64,000 bases of DNA, from positions 1-64,000 of the IMG/VR virus record IMGVR_UViG_3300031669_000007; one strand, 5' to 3'. The notes under the pieces are model-generated. The model did no database searches, was not told the origin of the DNA, and saw only the letters and a list, made by a program, of their open reading frames with translations. Made by a program: the position numbers and the translations under genes. Origin of the DNA: a virus. This document shows, in pieces, positions 19,581-29,545 of this stretch (its first letter is position 1; every line of letters starts with the position of its first letter).

Positions 19581-20936
19581 TTATACAGAATTTCGATTTC
19601 CTTTCAGAATACGCATTATTGCCTCTTCTTCGGTAAGTGAGTCTGATTCTCTAACAATCATCGTGGTTGGGAGTTTAACTCTTTCACTTATTATTTGTAG
19701 AGTTATATATCTGGGTTCTACTGCTATTATTTGGCAGACGTTGTCAGCCCAATAAATCCAAGACCCTATACTCAATTGTGTTTCTTTATCAATTATCACT
19801 CTTTGTATGACCTTTGAGAATGAGCATAGCTGCTTCTTCTTCTGTAATTACTGTCATTTCTGATGATCGATAGGTGCTTAGTCTGAAGTCGTAATTAAAT
19901 CCTGCTCCACGTATTATAAGAATATCCTCAACGTTGATAACCTTACAAACATAGTTGGACCACATAACCCAGTCTCCGACCCTAATAGAAGTCATCTATT
20001 TGCACAGCTCTTTAAGAGAAAAATAGTAACTTCTTCCTCAGTTAGCACTTCTACATCTTTAATTCTACTTTGCGGTATTCTAACAACAACTGATTCATAA
20101 GGACGAAGAAGCATCTCAAGTCTGGTTTTATCTACGGCAACAACTGTTCCAAGATAATTATCATATCCAAGAATATTGCCGATCTTAATTTTTTTTCCGT
20201 TTTTATCAGTTGGCATTTTTTAATAAATACATTGTTGTTTCTTCTTCAGAAAGCATTATTAGTTCTTTCTCTGGGTGGTGTGACCACTGTAATCCGACAG
20301 GGAACAAATATTCTTCTTTAAAAGGACGAGTCAGAACGATTGTGGTTCCTTCATACTCATCTAATCCCTGAACAACAAAACATCGTCCCGCAGTGTTTAA
20401 TACTAAACGACCAATAAGTATTTGATTACCATTTATATCGTACGCTATCATTTTTTAACAGTTCAAAGACTGCCTCTTCTTCGGTCATTGCAATGATATC
20501 AACTGCATTTTGCCAACATTGCAGGGTTCCACCTTTTAATTTAAGTAGCACAGCATCTGTTCTTATTTTGTATACAGAAGTCTTCAGTGATCTAATTTCA
20601 ACAACATCAAAGACACCATAATCATACATTATGCCACCGCCGAGAACTGAGAAGGCGCAATCGCCAACTTCTATGTTGCGGCCGTTTTTATCCTTCATTT
20701 GCTTGCCTCTTCAAGATCCACATGATCATGTCTTCTTCTGGCAAGAGAACAAGAGAGTTGCAAGGTTGATTTTTCTTTTTAGTAGTAGGCGACGGTTCTC
20801 TTAGAAAGATAATTGCATCTCTTCCTTTGAATCTGAATCCCATAATCTTATAAATGTTGTTGAATGAAACAACATGGTCGCCGACTTTAAGAGGGCGACC
20901 AATTATATCTAAATACTCTTTTGGTGATTTATCCAT
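19581..20936 (-). other. Array of six small paralogous proteins (D-x-x-G-x-x-I-x-x-G-D-like N-terminus, EE(E/D)xxxxxLK C-terminus)
   Basis: ORFs 19581-19799, 19789-19995, 19992-20216, 20206-20451, 20426-20698, 20688-20936. Confidence 0.8.
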
Positions 20937-21169
20937 TAGTTGAGGCGTTGTTCGGGTGCCTCGATGTAGAAACTGCGACCAACCGCTGCGTTGATTGCGT
21001 CGTCGAAATCAGTCGGCGTGAAAATGTATTGCAGGTCTTTCAAGAGCAATAACAACTCATCTTCAGAAACATTTTGATCGAGCAAATCTGCAAGTATTTC
21101 GCTGTGTTTTTCATTTTGGTCTTCCATGTTAGTCTCCTAAGTTGATCGATTTCTTTATTTACAAGTTAT

Positions 21170-21197
21170 ATTATACACTCTTTTACCGAAAAGTCAA
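21170..21197 (-). promoter_or_regulatory. Early sigma70-type promoter
   Basis: TTGACT-N16-TATAAT. Confidence 0.85.
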
Positions 21198-21200
21198 GGA

Positions 21201-21506
21201 TTATTTTTGTTTAAGTTTGACCCATGCTTCTGGCTCTGGCTCATAGATTGTTACTTTTGTGTTTTCTTTTTTTCTTTGTTTTTCTCTTTCAATCCGAGCC
21301 AGTGTATCATACATACCAATGGTTGCTTCATCGAGAGTGTTATAAGAACAGTAGTTTAGTTGAGAATCTCGGTCCGCCCATTGATTCGTATCTCTTTGAG
21401 AAAGCCCATACCACGTTAGTTTTTTACGAATTTGAGGAATATATTTTCCTCGAACTTTGATGATACGCTTCTTTTTAAAGAAAGACTTGATTGCTACTAA
21501 AACCAT
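21201..21506 (-). CDS. Hypothetical protein
   Basis: AGGAG SD before MVLVAIK; ends EAWVKLKQK. Confidence 0.6.
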   Translation of the reverse strand: MVLVAIKSFFKKKRIIKVRGKYIPQIRKKLTWYGLSQRDTNQWADRDSQLNYCSYNTLDEATIGMYDTLARIEREKQRKKENTKVTIYEPEPEAWVKLKQK

Positions 21507-21525
21507 AATTAGCTCCTTTCGTAAA

Positions 21526-22077
21526 TTATCGTGCCAATGAGCAAGATTTAAGCAAAGCGATGAGTTCATGCTCTGCTGTTCCTGGTAAATAACGTGCAGT
21601 AATGACGTTATCGTTAATAAAGAAGAAACATTCGCGCGCCTCATATGTCGATTGCGGCATAAATGCTCTTGCATCAAGCAAGTCGGATGCTTTACGAAAA
21701 TCAACTGCTTCGTAGATTTCTTGAGGCAACACGCAACCGCAGGCAGTAATAATTCCGCCAAGAGACTTGCTATCTTCGTTGAATTTTGCAAATGGCAGCG
21801 GAAATGAAAGTGACCGAGACAGTTCCTCGAGTTTGTAATATGTGTCTTCGATGTCTGCATTTGCTCCGCCGTTCAGCACGATTAGCGTTTTGTGATTTGT
21901 TGACCAGTCGCGTAGACGCTTAGATGCAGCAAGTTTCTGATCATCTCGAAGAGAAATGTTTAGTGCTATTGCGTGATACTTGTTAAACATTTCGTGCAAC
22001 ACGTGAAACGACTGAACGCCCTGCTGGATGCTCGACAGGTAAAAATTGACGAATGTATAAAATCGTAAATCGCTCAT
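21526..22077 (-). CDS. Peptidyl-tRNA hydrolase 2-like protein
   Basis: IQQGVQSFH, WSTNHKTLIVLNGG, FNED..SLGGIITA resemble PTH2-fold motifs. Confidence 0.55.
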   Translation of the reverse strand: MSDLRFYTFVNFYLSSIQQGVQSFHVLHEMFNKYHAIALNISLRDDQKLAASKRLRDWSTNHKTLIVLNGGANADIEDTYYKLEELSRSLSFPLPFAKFNEDSKSLGGIITACGCVLPQEIYEAVDFRKASDLLDARAFMPQSTYEARECFFFINDNVITARYLPGTAEHELIALLKSCSLAR

Positions 22078-22486
22078 TGTTTTCCCCTCGGTAGCATTGA
22101 AACTAACAATACCAGCATCGACGCGTTAATTGCTAAATTAACCCAGCTGTGTGTCAAAAATGATATAACCGCCGCAAGTGCATTTACGCTTATGGCAACG
22201 ATAAAAAGTTTCCTCATGTTATTCTTCATCCTTTATTTGTTTAAGCAGTTCTCGGTTATTGCGCTTACGATCAATGCGACGATCAATTACTTTTTCTTTT
22301 GCGATGCCGTGCCTGTTGTTGCCGTGTCGCATAGGACCACGATAGAATTCATCAGACGCGCGATTGAAATCTGCATAGTGGCTATCAGAGCACATCCCCA
22401 CATAAGAGAGTGGGCCGAGCTTCTCTTGCTCTGCTCGCATAAGGCGCTTTAGACTACACTGTTTCTTGCTCACTGAATTTGACATA

Positions 22487-22807
22487 TTACTTCACCTTGT
22501 TAGAAAGAACGGCCATCATCAAGTGCTTCTCGACGTCGTCCTTAAAGTTAGGAAAGATTGTAAAAAGTTGAAATGCATCAACTTCGTTGTATTCTTTTTC
22601 GCCGCGAACTGTTGAGTTCTGTTTCTTTCTCTGAACTGCTGCAAGAGTGTGTTGCGAATCATGTTTCTTAAAGGAAAGCTTTTTATCGCGCCTTCCCCAG
22701 CCAGCATAATAAGCATTCCCCATTTTGAATGCAGTCCAAATTTTATCGTGTTTGGTGCCGTTCTCCATGAGAGTGCTCCAACCAATATAAAGAAATTCTG
22801 GTTCCAT
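22487..22807 (-). CDS. WGR-like domain protein
   Basis: HDKIW...YAGWGRR...KK.....Y. Confidence 0.5.
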   Translation of the reverse strand: MEPEFLYIGWSTLMENGTKHDKIWTAFKMGNAYYAGWGRRDKKLSFKKHDSQHTLAAVQRKKQNSTVRGEKEYNEVDAFQLFTIFPNFKDDVEKHLMMAVLSNKVK

Positions 22808-22999
22808 CTTATCTTCTCCTTAAATCAACCACTGCAACGTAACGAAGATCGTTATCCCTGCAGACATTAAATAGTTGTTTGCCTCTGAAATATCCTGCCT
22901 ATATGTTACTTTGGCTATATTAATAAATCCAAAAGCAATGGCTATAAACAAACTAATCATCTTCCCTACTAAAATTAAATCGTGCATCTGATTCTCCTG

Positions 23000-23278
23000 T
23001 TATTGCCAGCGTAAACTGAACATCAGCATATCTTGCTCGTTCTCAAAGTAGTAAATTATGTCGCCCAACTCTGCACCATCAAATGTGCGGTCAACAATAA
23101 CTTTGTCTGTTTTCCAGTCATATCTGGTAGCAGGGGAATATTCTTCTGACGAGTGCTTCCCCGAACAGCATTCGTATTGCCATACCCTACGCGGGTCACG
23201 GTTAACGTGATCAGGGTGACGAGCAAGACAGATAAACCAGTCATATCGTAGAGTAGGACCAACGCGTCTTGCGATCAT
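23000..23278 (-). CDS. FxLRW-family small protein
   Basis: FENEQDMLMFSLRWQ. Confidence 0.75.
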   Translation of the reverse strand: MIARRVGPTLRYDWFICLARHPDHVNRDPRRVWQYECCSGKHSSEEYSPATRYDWKTDKVIVDRTFDGAELGDIIYYFENEQDMLMFSLRWQ

Positions 23279-23490
23279 TTCAGCAACTCATACAAGTATG
23301 CAGTTAATTCTTCATCAGCACCTTCGCGCTCACACCAATCTGCATACCACACAGGATCAAGTTCATCTGCCAACTCGCATTGTTCATACATTGGCATGAT
23401 AGAAAGGCGCTTTTTTACGTTGTAACAAAGCCGCTTAAACATTTCGTGTTCCATCTTACTGTTCCTTTGTGCCGGTCATTAGGGTTCTTT

Positions 23491-23868
23491 TCACTTCAAT
23501 CCCAACAGCTCGCGTTCTTCTGGGTCAAGTTTTGCAAGAGCAGCCTGACGCTTTTCATAACGACGCTGTGCTTCCAATCGATCATCGATTTTGCGGTTCA
23601 CTGCTCGCTCAAGCTCTTCGAGAGACCAATCACTTTGACCAGCAAGGCCGAATTCATCGTAGACATAATATTCTGTTTCTGCGTCGCGGTCGTAAAACGT
23701 GTATTTTCCATAGTCGACGTCGACTTTAGTCAACTCAAAACCTTCGTTCACTGCGGCTGCGACTGTTTCACGGAAACGCCGAGGGTATGTTTCCCGACGA
23801 GCCTGCATCAATGCTGCACGTTCTGCTTCTTCACGTGCGCGACGGTCTGCTGCTTTTTCTCGTGCCAT
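23491..23868 (-). CDS. Hypothetical early protein
   Basis: Ends ALAKLDPEERELLGLK; AGGAG SD. Confidence 0.65.
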   Translation of the reverse strand: MAREKAADRRAREEAERAALMQARRETYPRRFRETVAAAVNEGFELTKVDVDYGKYTFYDRDAETEYYVYDEFGLAGQSDWSLEELERAVNRKIDDRLEAQRRYEKRQAALAKLDPEERELLGLK

Positions 23869-23869
23869 T

Positions 23870-24187
23870 TTATACTCCTGCTTTCTTAGATTCAGCGGCG
23901 ATTGCCAGTTGTTTCCAGTAGATGCCAATTTTCATATTGCCATCTTTCATCTTTTTGCGCCAGTATGCAACTTGCTTTGCCGTCAAAAATCCACGATTCA
24001 AATAAAATGTTGCCATCGATGTCCCTACTCGGGCGTGGCACGGGCGAAATCCTTCGCCATTACGATATTTCGTATCTTCTGTTCTTTGTTCGTCTGCTGT
24101 TTGATTTTTGTAGAGCACCACAAGAGCGTGAGCAACTGCTTTGTCATTTATTTCAAGCAATTTTACAATGGCTTCTTTGGATAACAT
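23870..24187 (-). CDS. Hypothetical early protein
   Basis: First gene after promoter; YKNQTADEQ..NGEGF. Confidence 0.7.
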   Translation of the reverse strand: MLSKEAIVKLLEINDKAVAHALVVLYKNQTADEQRTEDTKYRNGEGFRPCHARVGTSMATFYLNRGFLTAKQVAYWRKKMKDGNMKIGIYWKQLAIAAESKKAGV

Positions 24188-24195
24188 TTTGCGCT

Positions 24196-24253
24196 CTCTT
24201 TATTAACTGTATGATGCTATTATACAGCATTTAACCGAAAAGTCAAGCGATTT
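24196..24253. repeat. 58-bp exact dispersed repeat, copy 2, containing promoter 24219-24246
   Basis: Identical to 3566-3623; TTGACT-N16-TATAAT on minus strand. Confidence 0.9.
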
Positions 24254-24579
24254 TTACCATCTATGGAATCAACAGTTTAGCTATTCGTCTTCGTTGTTTT
24301 TAGCCAGTTCTCGCAACATTTTTAGTTTATCTGATACCGAAATCTTATAAACTATTGGATGCAGGCGAAATTCTATTTTGTCGGTGAATTTAATCCAAAA
24401 ATCTACTGCACGGTGACATATCAAACAATTCTTTTTTGTGAGCATCTCTTTTAAAAAATCAAAGATACCAAATGGTACAAGAGGAAGAGCACTAAGAATT
24501 AAGAATATGAGATATATAAGAACGATCAAATAACCCAACAGCATTCTCGCTGTTGTCTCTGCGTCAATGTTAAATGGAT

Positions 24580-24807
24580 TCACATCCATTTTAATTTAAA
24601 CACCACTGCTTCTTCGTCAGAATAAAACCTAAATTTAACACGGTCAGGTTGTTGTCCGTCTGCCCACCCAACCATCCACGATACGCCATTGTATTCCATT
24701 TTGCCAAATACATTTTCGCACCATTCATAGATTTTAATCATATGCTCGTATTCTTCGTTTGTCCCACGCTCAACAATAAATTCTGTCATAATTTTATACC
24801 TCCCCAA
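24580..24807 (-). CDS. FxLRW-family small protein
   Basis: WCENVFG...FYSDEEAVVFKLKWM. Confidence 0.8.
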   Translation of the reverse strand: MGRYKIMTEFIVERGTNEEYEHMIKIYEWCENVFGKMEYNGVSWMVGWADGQQPDRVKFRFYSDEEAVVFKLKWM

Positions 24808-25064
24808 CGCAATGCAAATAATGTTGCATCGTGTCCATTGACAAAGCAGTAATACAAAATATTATTCTCATCTTCGTCTTCGTCTATTTTCCACTCATCA
24901 TATGACGTGGCTTCTGTTGTCCATAACTCATGTCTCTCGCCAATGTTTTCTTCGCACCATATAATTCGGACATGGGTGCGATCGGCAAAACGAACGCTTG
25001 GCACACCTACCCTAAAGATCATTTCTTTTTCCGATTTTGCCATTATACAGTTACGTTGGCCCAC
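24786..25064 (-). CDS. FxLRW-family small protein
   Basis: WCEENIG...FVNGHDATLFALRWG. Confidence 0.8.
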   Translation of the reverse strand: MGQRNCIMAKSEKEMIFRVGVPSVRFADRTHVRIIWCEENIGERHELWTTEATSYDEWKIDEDEDENNILYYCFVNGHDATLFALRWGGIKL

Positions 25065-25279
25065 CGCAATGCAAATAACATTGCATCTTGTTCATTGAGA
25101 AACATGAAAAGAGTTTTCCGATCGTTTCCTTCTCCAAGAGGTAACTTAATTGTCCACGATTTATATATTTCGCCGACGTGTTCTTCGCACCATTCAACTC
25201 TTATCATCGAGTTATTTGAAAAAATAAATTTTGGCACACTTACCGCAAACTTTAGATCTTGCATGTCTTGTCGGTCCAT
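25043..25279 (-). CDS. FxLRW-family small protein
   Basis: WCEEHVG...FLNEQDAMLFALRWA. Confidence 0.8.
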   Translation of the reverse strand: MDRQDMQDLKFAVSVPKFIFSNNSMIRVEWCEEHVGEIYKSWTIKLPLGEGNDRKTLFMFLNEQDAMLFALRWANVTV

Positions 25280-25515
25280 ATAATGCCTTTTCCCTCAACT
25301 AACAACTCAAACACGTCGTTGACCTGAACAAGCTGTGGCCTGCCAGGCGAGGAGTAGCATTCTGGTGTTTCTTTTGGCTGCTTCACCCAATAGGCGTCGA
25401 TATATTCGTTTGCTTCGGCAATGCTGCGATGATACGAAAACCCGTCAGGCCGTTGACCCCAGCCACGTTCGTATTCAGTCCATTCAACTTCTGTTACTGC
25501 TGATATTTTTGCCAT
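25252..25515 (-). CDS. Hypothetical protein
   Basis: EYERGWGQRPDG motif. Confidence 0.65.
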   Translation of the reverse strand: MAKISAVTEVEWTEYERGWGQRPDGFSYHRSIAEANEYIDAYWVKQPKETPECYSSPGRPQLVQVNDVFELLVEGKGIIWTDKTCKI

Positions 25516-25953
25516 ATTATTCCTTTGCCCACTCTCTTGGGTTAGTATAAATTTTCTTAATTGACTCTGGGTATTTTAGTAGCAACATTGACTCAATGCC
25601 GTCTATGCGAACAAAATATACGCCGTCGTGCTGCGCGTAGTAGTCATCCTCGCCGAGAAGACTCAATATCCAGTCACATATTTCTGTGCGATTTTTCATC
25701 TCATATTGACTCTTAATTCTTAGGCCAATGAAGCCGCAACTAAGAAGTTTCTTGGGAGTATTTCTAATTTTTAACACTATTCGCCTTTTTTGATTTGTTC
25801 AAGACGAGCCAAAACTTCTTCAAGTATGTCAACCTTTGCTTCACATTTTGCATACCACTCCTGCTCCTGATATGAACCAGGATGAGCATAATCATCAATA
25901 CGAGATTTTACATACTCAATTGCTTTATCTATTTTTTTTGCCACAATGACCTC

Positions 25954-26490
25954 TTACTTTGCTAAACGTTTTTGCAACCAGTACGGAACACCGTTGTTTC
26001 GACCACAGCCAAGTTTCTTGCCGAGTTTTACCAACTTGCCTTTTGGCCAATGTGCATAAACTCGTTTTTGAAGCAAGAATTTGTCGTAGTATGCTTCGCC
26101 GCTATAACGCAACTTATGATTAAGGTAATTTCGAGGGCCGATATTGTATGATTCAACTGCGCCGCGAACTGAGTGTGTCAGTTTGTAATATTCGCGAAGT
26201 TTTGCAATTCCCTGAGCAATGTTTGTGTGAATGTTGAAGGATCCGTTTTGGACTTGCATTAGTCCATTGGACGATTCTCTTGCAGTATGGTTCCTAGCGA
26301 GTGGGTTCATTGAAGACTCGTTACGCATAATTGCGAAAACATCTGATGCTCTTGGGAAATCACTGTAAGCAAGGCGCGTCACAGTTTTTGTTATCTCTCT
26401 GTTTGGAGTGATCTCGCCGCAGGCATATACTGATGCTGTCATTGCTGTCATCGTGAGGGCAAGTGCTAAGAATATCTGACTTCGGTTCAT
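25954..26490 (-). CDS. Exported lytic transglycosylase (SLT domain)
   Basis: Signal peptide; AIMRNESSMNP, GLMQV, ESYNIGP. Confidence 0.85.
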   Translation of the reverse strand: MNRSQIFLALALTMTAMTASVYACGEITPNREITKTVTRLAYSDFPRASDVFAIMRNESSMNPLARNHTARESSNGLMQVQNGSFNIHTNIAQGIAKLREYYKLTHSVRGAVESYNIGPRNYLNHKLRYSGEAYYDKFLLQKRVYAHWPKGKLVKLGKKLGCGRNNGVPYWLQKRLAK

Positions 26491-26518
26491 TATTTCTCCT
26501 TAATTAGGCAACAGTTCT

Positions 26519-26546
26519 ATTATACGCTTTCGGTAAGAAAAGTCAA
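26519..26546 (-). promoter_or_regulatory. Early sigma70-type promoter
   Basis: TTGACT-N16-TATAAT. Confidence 0.8.
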
Positions 26547-26619
26547 GGTTTTTGTGATTTTAATCACTTTTAGAATCAATGATTTAAAATTTAATCCTGT
26601 GTTTTCAACTAAATACTGA

Positions 26620-27075
26620 ATGCAACTATCAGAAATTAAACCCCAATTCGTAATTGTGATGGGCGGTGCAGGAAGCGGTAAGAACCACTTTATTGCTAAC
26701 AATCCACCCTACTCTGGATACGAACTTATTGACGTCGACGCTATTAAAGGCGAAGTAGGTCTGGATGCAGCTATTTCTCAAATTAAGCCCTTAATAATAT
26801 CATCGTTTGAAGTACAAGAAAACGTAGTTCATCCGACAACAGGTACTAATCTCAAGGCTCAACAAAATAAGATTGCCTTAGCGCATGACTATGGATACGT
26901 TGTTACGCTTATTTTAGTCGATGTTCCCATTGAGCAAGCAATTGATCAAGTCAGACAGCGTGTAAGAGCAGGTGGTCACGATGTATCTCTTGAGAAGATT
27001 GTATCGTCAAATAAGATAGCAAAAGAAAACTTTAATTCTCTTTCCCAGCTTGTAGATAAAGCTCAGGTTGTTTAG
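26620..27075 (+). CDS. P-loop kinase (zeta-toxin/AAA_33-like)
   Basis: GGAGSGK, IDVD, RVRAGGHDV; TAAATA 4 nt upstream; N-terminus MQLSEI. Confidence 0.8.
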   Translation: MQLSEIKPQFVIVMGGAGSGKNHFIANNPPYSGYELIDVDAIKGEVGLDAAISQIKPLIISSFEVQENVVHPTTGTNLKAQQNKIALAHDYGYVVTLILVDVPIEQAIDQVRQRVRAGGHDVSLEKIVSSNKIAKENFNSLSQLVDKAQVV

Positions 27076-27305
27076 TGTACGACGTGCCCTAGTCGAGCAT
27101 GTACTTCTTCTATATCAGTTACTCCGTATAGCTTAAAAATCTCAATTAGCTTTTCTGGAATCTCATCATATACTTCGGGCATTAGAATGGATTTAAGATT
27201 TCCGTCAGCATCAAGTATTATTGCATAATCATCTAACCCAATTTCTTCTAGATCAACTTCGTCTTCTGTATCAACCTCATTCAACTTCTTGTAATCTTCT
27301 TTCAT
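27072..27305 (-). CDS. Acidic hypothetical protein
   Basis: ORF in operon. Confidence 0.6.
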   Translation of the reverse strand: MKEDYKKLNEVDTEDEVDLEEIGLDDYAIILDADGNLKSILMPEVYDEIPEKLIEIFKLYGVTDIEEVHARLGHVVH

Positions 27306-27942
27306 GACTGCCCTCTGCTAGTGCTTCATAATACTTAACAACATATAATAATAGTTGATTTACTACCTTATGTTCTCTTCCAAAAGCTGCCTCATAACAT
27401 TTAAACATTGCAGTCTTAGATATGTGTTTAATTGTTATCTTTTTTGGATACTCTTTAATTAGAATATCTACTGCGATTGAATAACCGAAAGCTTCTACTT
27501 CATCTGAGTTGCCCAAGTATTCCTGTTCTAATCTTTTGCTTTCTTCTGTCGATAAGCTTACAAAAATAGTGTGGCCAATATCAAAACCACGCAATCTATA
27601 TTGTGTCTGATGTACAATTTCATGCCCGGAACATTCTATTAGATCAAGACATAACTTTGGCCAATCTATATCCTTCATTAGAATTTTTTTCTGAGTATTG
27701 CTGTATGTGACATATATCACAATAGGCGGGATATTTGATTCGTCATCTTCTGGATCATATGTGCCACTAATCACAATGTGGTTTTTTAATATAGATTTAT
27801 CTCTTGCTGTTCTAACACGAATGTCAGTAGTTGCAATAAGACTGCGTATTAATCTTGTAAATTCTGGTACTGTAAATTTTTTAGTTGAGATGGATTCTCC
27901 GTACTTAATCATCTCTTGATAATGATCTCTAATCTCTGACAT
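27277..27942 (-). CDS. HExxH zincin-like protein
   Basis: GHEIVHQTQ and YLGNSDEVEAF. Confidence 0.6.
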   Translation of the reverse strand: MSEIRDHYQEMIKYGESISTKKFTVPEFTRLIRSLIATTDIRVRTARDKSILKNHIVISGTYDPEDDESNIPPIVIYVTYSNTQKKILMKDIDWPKLCLDLIECSGHEIVHQTQYRLRGFDIGHTIFVSLSTEESKRLEQEYLGNSDEVEAFGYSIAVDILIKEYPKKITIKHISKTAMFKCYEAAFGREHKVVNQLLLYVVKYYEALAEGSHERRLQEVE

Positions 27943-27946
27943 GGTG

Positions 27947-28237
27947 TCAGCCCACGAAAACGTTCGGTGATCCTGCTGCTGCTATATCACCACATGATAT
28001 AGCATCCCCTATGCGATGTATGAATTTTCCTTCTGCTTGAACTGTAGATGAAGCTCCGACTGCTTTAGCTTCTTGCACGTCTTGTCCGTCATTGCATACA
28101 TGTGTTGTGTAGTGATCTCCTACTCTAAGAACTGAGATACCATTAATAATAACAGTGGATGATCCTTCTATAGGAGTTAGTGGACCGTGACAGTGTCCTG
28201 CGCTTAGATCTACACCTTTTCTAACTGGAGCGGGCAT
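27947..28237 (-). CDS. PAAR-family tail spike tip protein
   Basis: D.SAGHC, GSSTVIING, RIGD.ISCG, GSPNVFVG. Confidence 0.92.
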   Translation of the reverse strand: MPAPVRKGVDLSAGHCHGPLTPIEGSSTVIINGISVLRVGDHYTTHVCNDGQDVQEAKAVGASSTVQAEGKFIHRIGDAISCGDIAAAGSPNVFVG

Positions 28238-28752
28238 TAAAATTTCCCCTTTTTAACACTTGCAACTAATGATGCATTTGCTGATACATAATCCGTTAAT
28301 ACAGTTATATCAAATTTCTGTGTTGAATTGTCCGAAAATAACACATCGACCTGTACTGTTTTGCTTGAAACACTTGGTGCTATGTATTTATACAAAGAGT
28401 TAAAAGTTTCTGGTAATTTGCCGAAAGAGGTGGTCTCTTTATATGCATTGTTAACGTCAAGATAATCAAGTATTCGACTAAACACGTCTTGGAATTGCCC
28501 AGAAATGACAAAGGAATTAGATGGTATATGAATATCAGATAAATGAGTTGCGATAGTTATGCCAGAGTCTACCAATACAGCACTAACAATCTCGGGCTGC
28601 GTGGGAGTAATTCCGATTCCTATACCACCAGAACCTAATCCAGATTCTTCAATCGTATATGTCACAGTTAGCGAAAACGGCGTAAACTCGGTGTAGATAG
28701 GAGTTATTTTGGGCGTTATTACTAACTTTGATGTAGACGATACTGCTGACAT
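28237..28752 (-). CDS. Putative virion/baseplate protein
   Basis: S/T-rich, beta-like composition, next to PAAR. Confidence 0.5.
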   Translation of the reverse strand: MSAVSSTSKLVITPKITPIYTEFTPFSLTVTYTIEESGLGSGGIGIGITPTQPEIVSAVLVDSGITIATHLSDIHIPSNSFVISGQFQDVFSRILDYLDVNNAYKETTSFGKLPETFNSLYKYIAPSVSSKTVQVDVLFSDNSTQKFDITVLTDYVSANASLVASVKKGKF

Positions 28753-29051
28753 TATGCTTTCGCTAATGTAATGCCTGTAGTCTTTTGAATATAGTGATCA
28801 GACATTTCACGCATAGTTAAACCGTGCAGCATAATATGCTGGAAATGTATTGGCATTGCCAACTCTGATTCACTTGTAAAGATTGTAGGCACTAATACGA
28901 TACCCTGTTGAGTAGGCATCACTGTCATTGGTTTCTTAATCATAAATCCAGTTTCTGTTTCTTCGTCGAACTTAGCAACAACCTCATCTCCGTTTGAAAT
29001 TTTCATTGAGATGATGTCTCCTGATTTGTATTTCTTTTTATTTAATAACAT
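28752..29051 (-). CDS. Sm-like fold protein (putative)
   Basis: GDIISMKISNGDEVVAKF...KKPM pattern. Confidence 0.5.
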   Translation of the reverse strand: MLLNKKKYKSGDIISMKISNGDEVVAKFDEETETGFMIKKPMTVMPTQQGIVLVPTIFTSESELAMPIHFQHIMLHGLTMREMSDHYIQKTTGITLAKA

Positions 29052-29340
29052 GTTTTTTCCTTTTTAATTGGTTGCCATGTTTGGCAGTATAGATTACTAT
29101 ATTTCTGACGACCCCTAAATTTTCGTCTAATGATCCTAAAATGAAACGAACATCTTTCTGAACGAGTATCAAATGTCATCGGATCGACGTAATTTTTAAC
29201 ATTCTTCTTTATAAAAGGAAGTATGACAGTAAGATGCCAGCCGTTGTGATAGTCTTTTCCTTCAATCTGTTTCCCGAAGCAAATTATGACATCAGCTGGT
29301 GTTCTGCATCCTTCATGGCGATCTTCATATTTAAAGAGTT

Positions 29341-29535
29341 TCATTCTGTTCCTGACGAAGTAGGTTTAAACCACCCGTTACCTTTAAGAATAAAGTTTGT
29401 TCCTGATTGATCAAATGTTTTACGCATTGTGCTGCCGCAGTCTGTGCAACTTGCAGGCAAATCACTTTCAGTAACTTTTCTAATCTTTGTTTCTATGTTT
29501 TCACATTTAGTGCATTTGTATGTATATAACGGCAT
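29341..29535 (-). CDS. FmdB-family zinc ribbon protein
   Basis: MPLYTYKCTKC...CTDC...FILKGNGWF. Confidence 0.88.
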   Translation of the reverse strand: MPLYTYKCTKCENIETKIRKVTESDLPASCTDCGSTMRKTFDQSGTNFILKGNGWFKPTSSGTE

Positions 29536-29545
29536 TATATTCCCT

